Part shown: positions 31,268 through 32,000 of the stretch, piece after piece
Position numbering within the stretch: the first letter of the stretch is position 1
Layout of the letters: each line of letters opens with the position of its first letter
From: Erysipelotrichaceae bacterium
Lineage (GTDB): Bacteria; Bacillota_I; Bacilli_A; Erysipelotrichales; Erysipelotrichaceae
Length of the DNA: 32,000 nt
Reading direction: 5' to 3'
Assembly (NCBI GenBank): GCA_030604855.1
Contig: JAUVVC010000005.1
Span: 1-32,000 of the forward strand
Notes under the pieces: generated by a model
Seen by the model: the letters and a program-made list of their open reading frames with translations, nothing else
What the model was told of the DNA's origin: nothing
The model's database searches: none
Made by a program: the position numbers and the translations under genes

Positions 31268-32000
31268 AGCGAATCTTGATTGAGAAAAGAGAAGGCTTTA
31301 ACCAAGAAGCAAAAGCTTTGAGCCAACAATGCAAAGAACTTTTAGACATGAACGTGAACTGTCGTCTGATCAAAGGCTATGAAGTCACCCATCTTGAAGG
31401 TCAATATTGGTCTGAAGCCATCCGTCAGGTGTTCAGTGAACCCATGGTGGATGAAGTGGTTGACTTACAAGAACTCAGTTCAAGATCCATCATCGCACGT
31501 GAACCCCTTCCTGGTCAGTACGACCAAGCTGCAGACAGTGCTGAACAATGTCTACGATTATTGGATCCAAACAATCAAAGTAACATCACGACTTTTCAAA
31601 TATTGGTTTTTGATCGTGAATTGAGTGAGGACGAACGTAAACGTTTCATCCGCTATTGGATCAATCCTGTGGAGATGCGTGAGAAACAGTTCGATACACA
31701 AGAAATGAATCTTATTCCTGAAGCTGAAATTGAACTTAAGGGGTTCGTGCATTGGTCAAGTGTGCAGTGTGAAGCGTTTCTTAAAACACATGGCGCTGCC
31801 ATGCGCTTGGAAGACATGCTTTTGATTCAAGTGTATTTCAGCGAACACATGCGACGTGATCTCTCCTACACCGAATTCAAAGTATTGGATACCTATTGGA
31901 GCGATCATTGCCGTCACACCACATTTGAAACGGCAATCGACGACATTACGATCGAAGAGGGTCCTTTGGCCAAGCGCTACCAAGAAGCTCTTCAAGCCTA
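31264..32000 (+). CDS. purL: Phosphoribosylformylglycinamidine synthase, large single-chain type (5' part; runs off the window)
   Basis: Hand translation from ATG 31264 (ATGA overlap with the purK stop) stays open to the window end. It reads [66 protein letters not shown]... The YWSDHCRHTTF motif is diagnostic. The ORF is absent from the track because it has no stop in the window. Confidence 0.9.
   Translation, partial: MKRILIEKREGFNQEAKALSQQCKELLDMNVNCRLIKGYEVTHLEGQYWSEAIRQVFSEPMVDEVVDLQELSSRSIIAREPLPGQYDQAADSAEQCLRLLDPNNQSNITTFQILVFDRELSEDERKRFIRYWINPVEMREKQFDTQEMNLIPEAEIELKGFVHWSSVQCEAFLKTHGAAMRLEDMLLIQVYFSEHMRRDLSYTEFKVLDTYWSDHCRHTTFETAIDDITIEEGPLAKRYQEALQA

Noticed and set aside
1-32000. 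Search for mobile elements, CRISPR arrays, tRNA or rRNA genes, toxin-antitoxin pairs or defence-system genes.
   Set aside because: I found no transposase, integrase or recombinase-like ORFs. I found no direct-repeat arrays, no terminal inverted repeats flanking the copper island, and no tRNA-like cloverleaf candidates. By eye the copper island's composition does not differ sharply from its flanks.

Overview
Chromosomal window from a low-GC Gram-positive bacterium. Strong AGGAGG-type ribosome-binding sites, lipoboxes and a single-chain PurL suggest Bacillota, perhaps Clostridia or Erysipelotrichia; that placement is only a guess. I support about 33 CDS. I saw no rRNA, tRNA, CRISPR, transposase, integrase or phage genes.

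Layout:
- 217-3794: a MacB/FtsX-type ABC exporter, translationally coupled to a membrane protein of six PASTA-like repeats that has no kinase or transpeptidase domain.
- 3928-7292, minus strand: a maoC-bcd-etfB-etfA operon behind two tandem Rex-type boxes.
- 7450-14540: a copper island. It holds a His-rich CPH-type P1B ATPase with a CsoR-type operator, a SHOCT mini-protein, CopZ, a Cys-less HMA-like protein, a lipoprotein, an OmpR/HisKA two-component system and a CueP-like protein.
- 14714-17209: an ABC-F ATPase, a GNAT acetyltransferase and a PNPOx-like protein.
- 17243-19188: two divergent aldo/keto reductases.
- 19249-22446: a GPH-type transporter, a small membrane protein, an orphan PTS IIB and an epimerase-family protein.
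- 22534-27732: TetR, an MMPL transporter, a ferric-reductase-like membrane protein, a cytochrome-b5-like lipoprotein and a secreted DUF2202 ferritin-like protein.
- 27784-29338: a VOC/glyoxalase and an MFS exporter.
- 29538 to the window end: a guanine-class purine riboswitch, then purE-purK-purL'.

Most interesting observations:
- Six promoters in the copper island share one phased architecture: TCTTCAT-N4-TnnnCAn-N10-TAnnnT. This looks like the regulon of the locus-encoded CopRS-like system.
- One of those promoters drives a 31-aa Met/Cys-rich peptide gene that is absent from the ORF track. It has its own ribosome-binding site and its own terminator.
- Three promoters share a conserved CTTGACTT(G/A)GA box and a 19-bp spacer, which is MerR-type geometry. 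They sit in front of both aldo/keto reductases and the MFS exporter, and no MerR gene lies in the window.

All family assignments come from motif recognition by eye. No database search was run.
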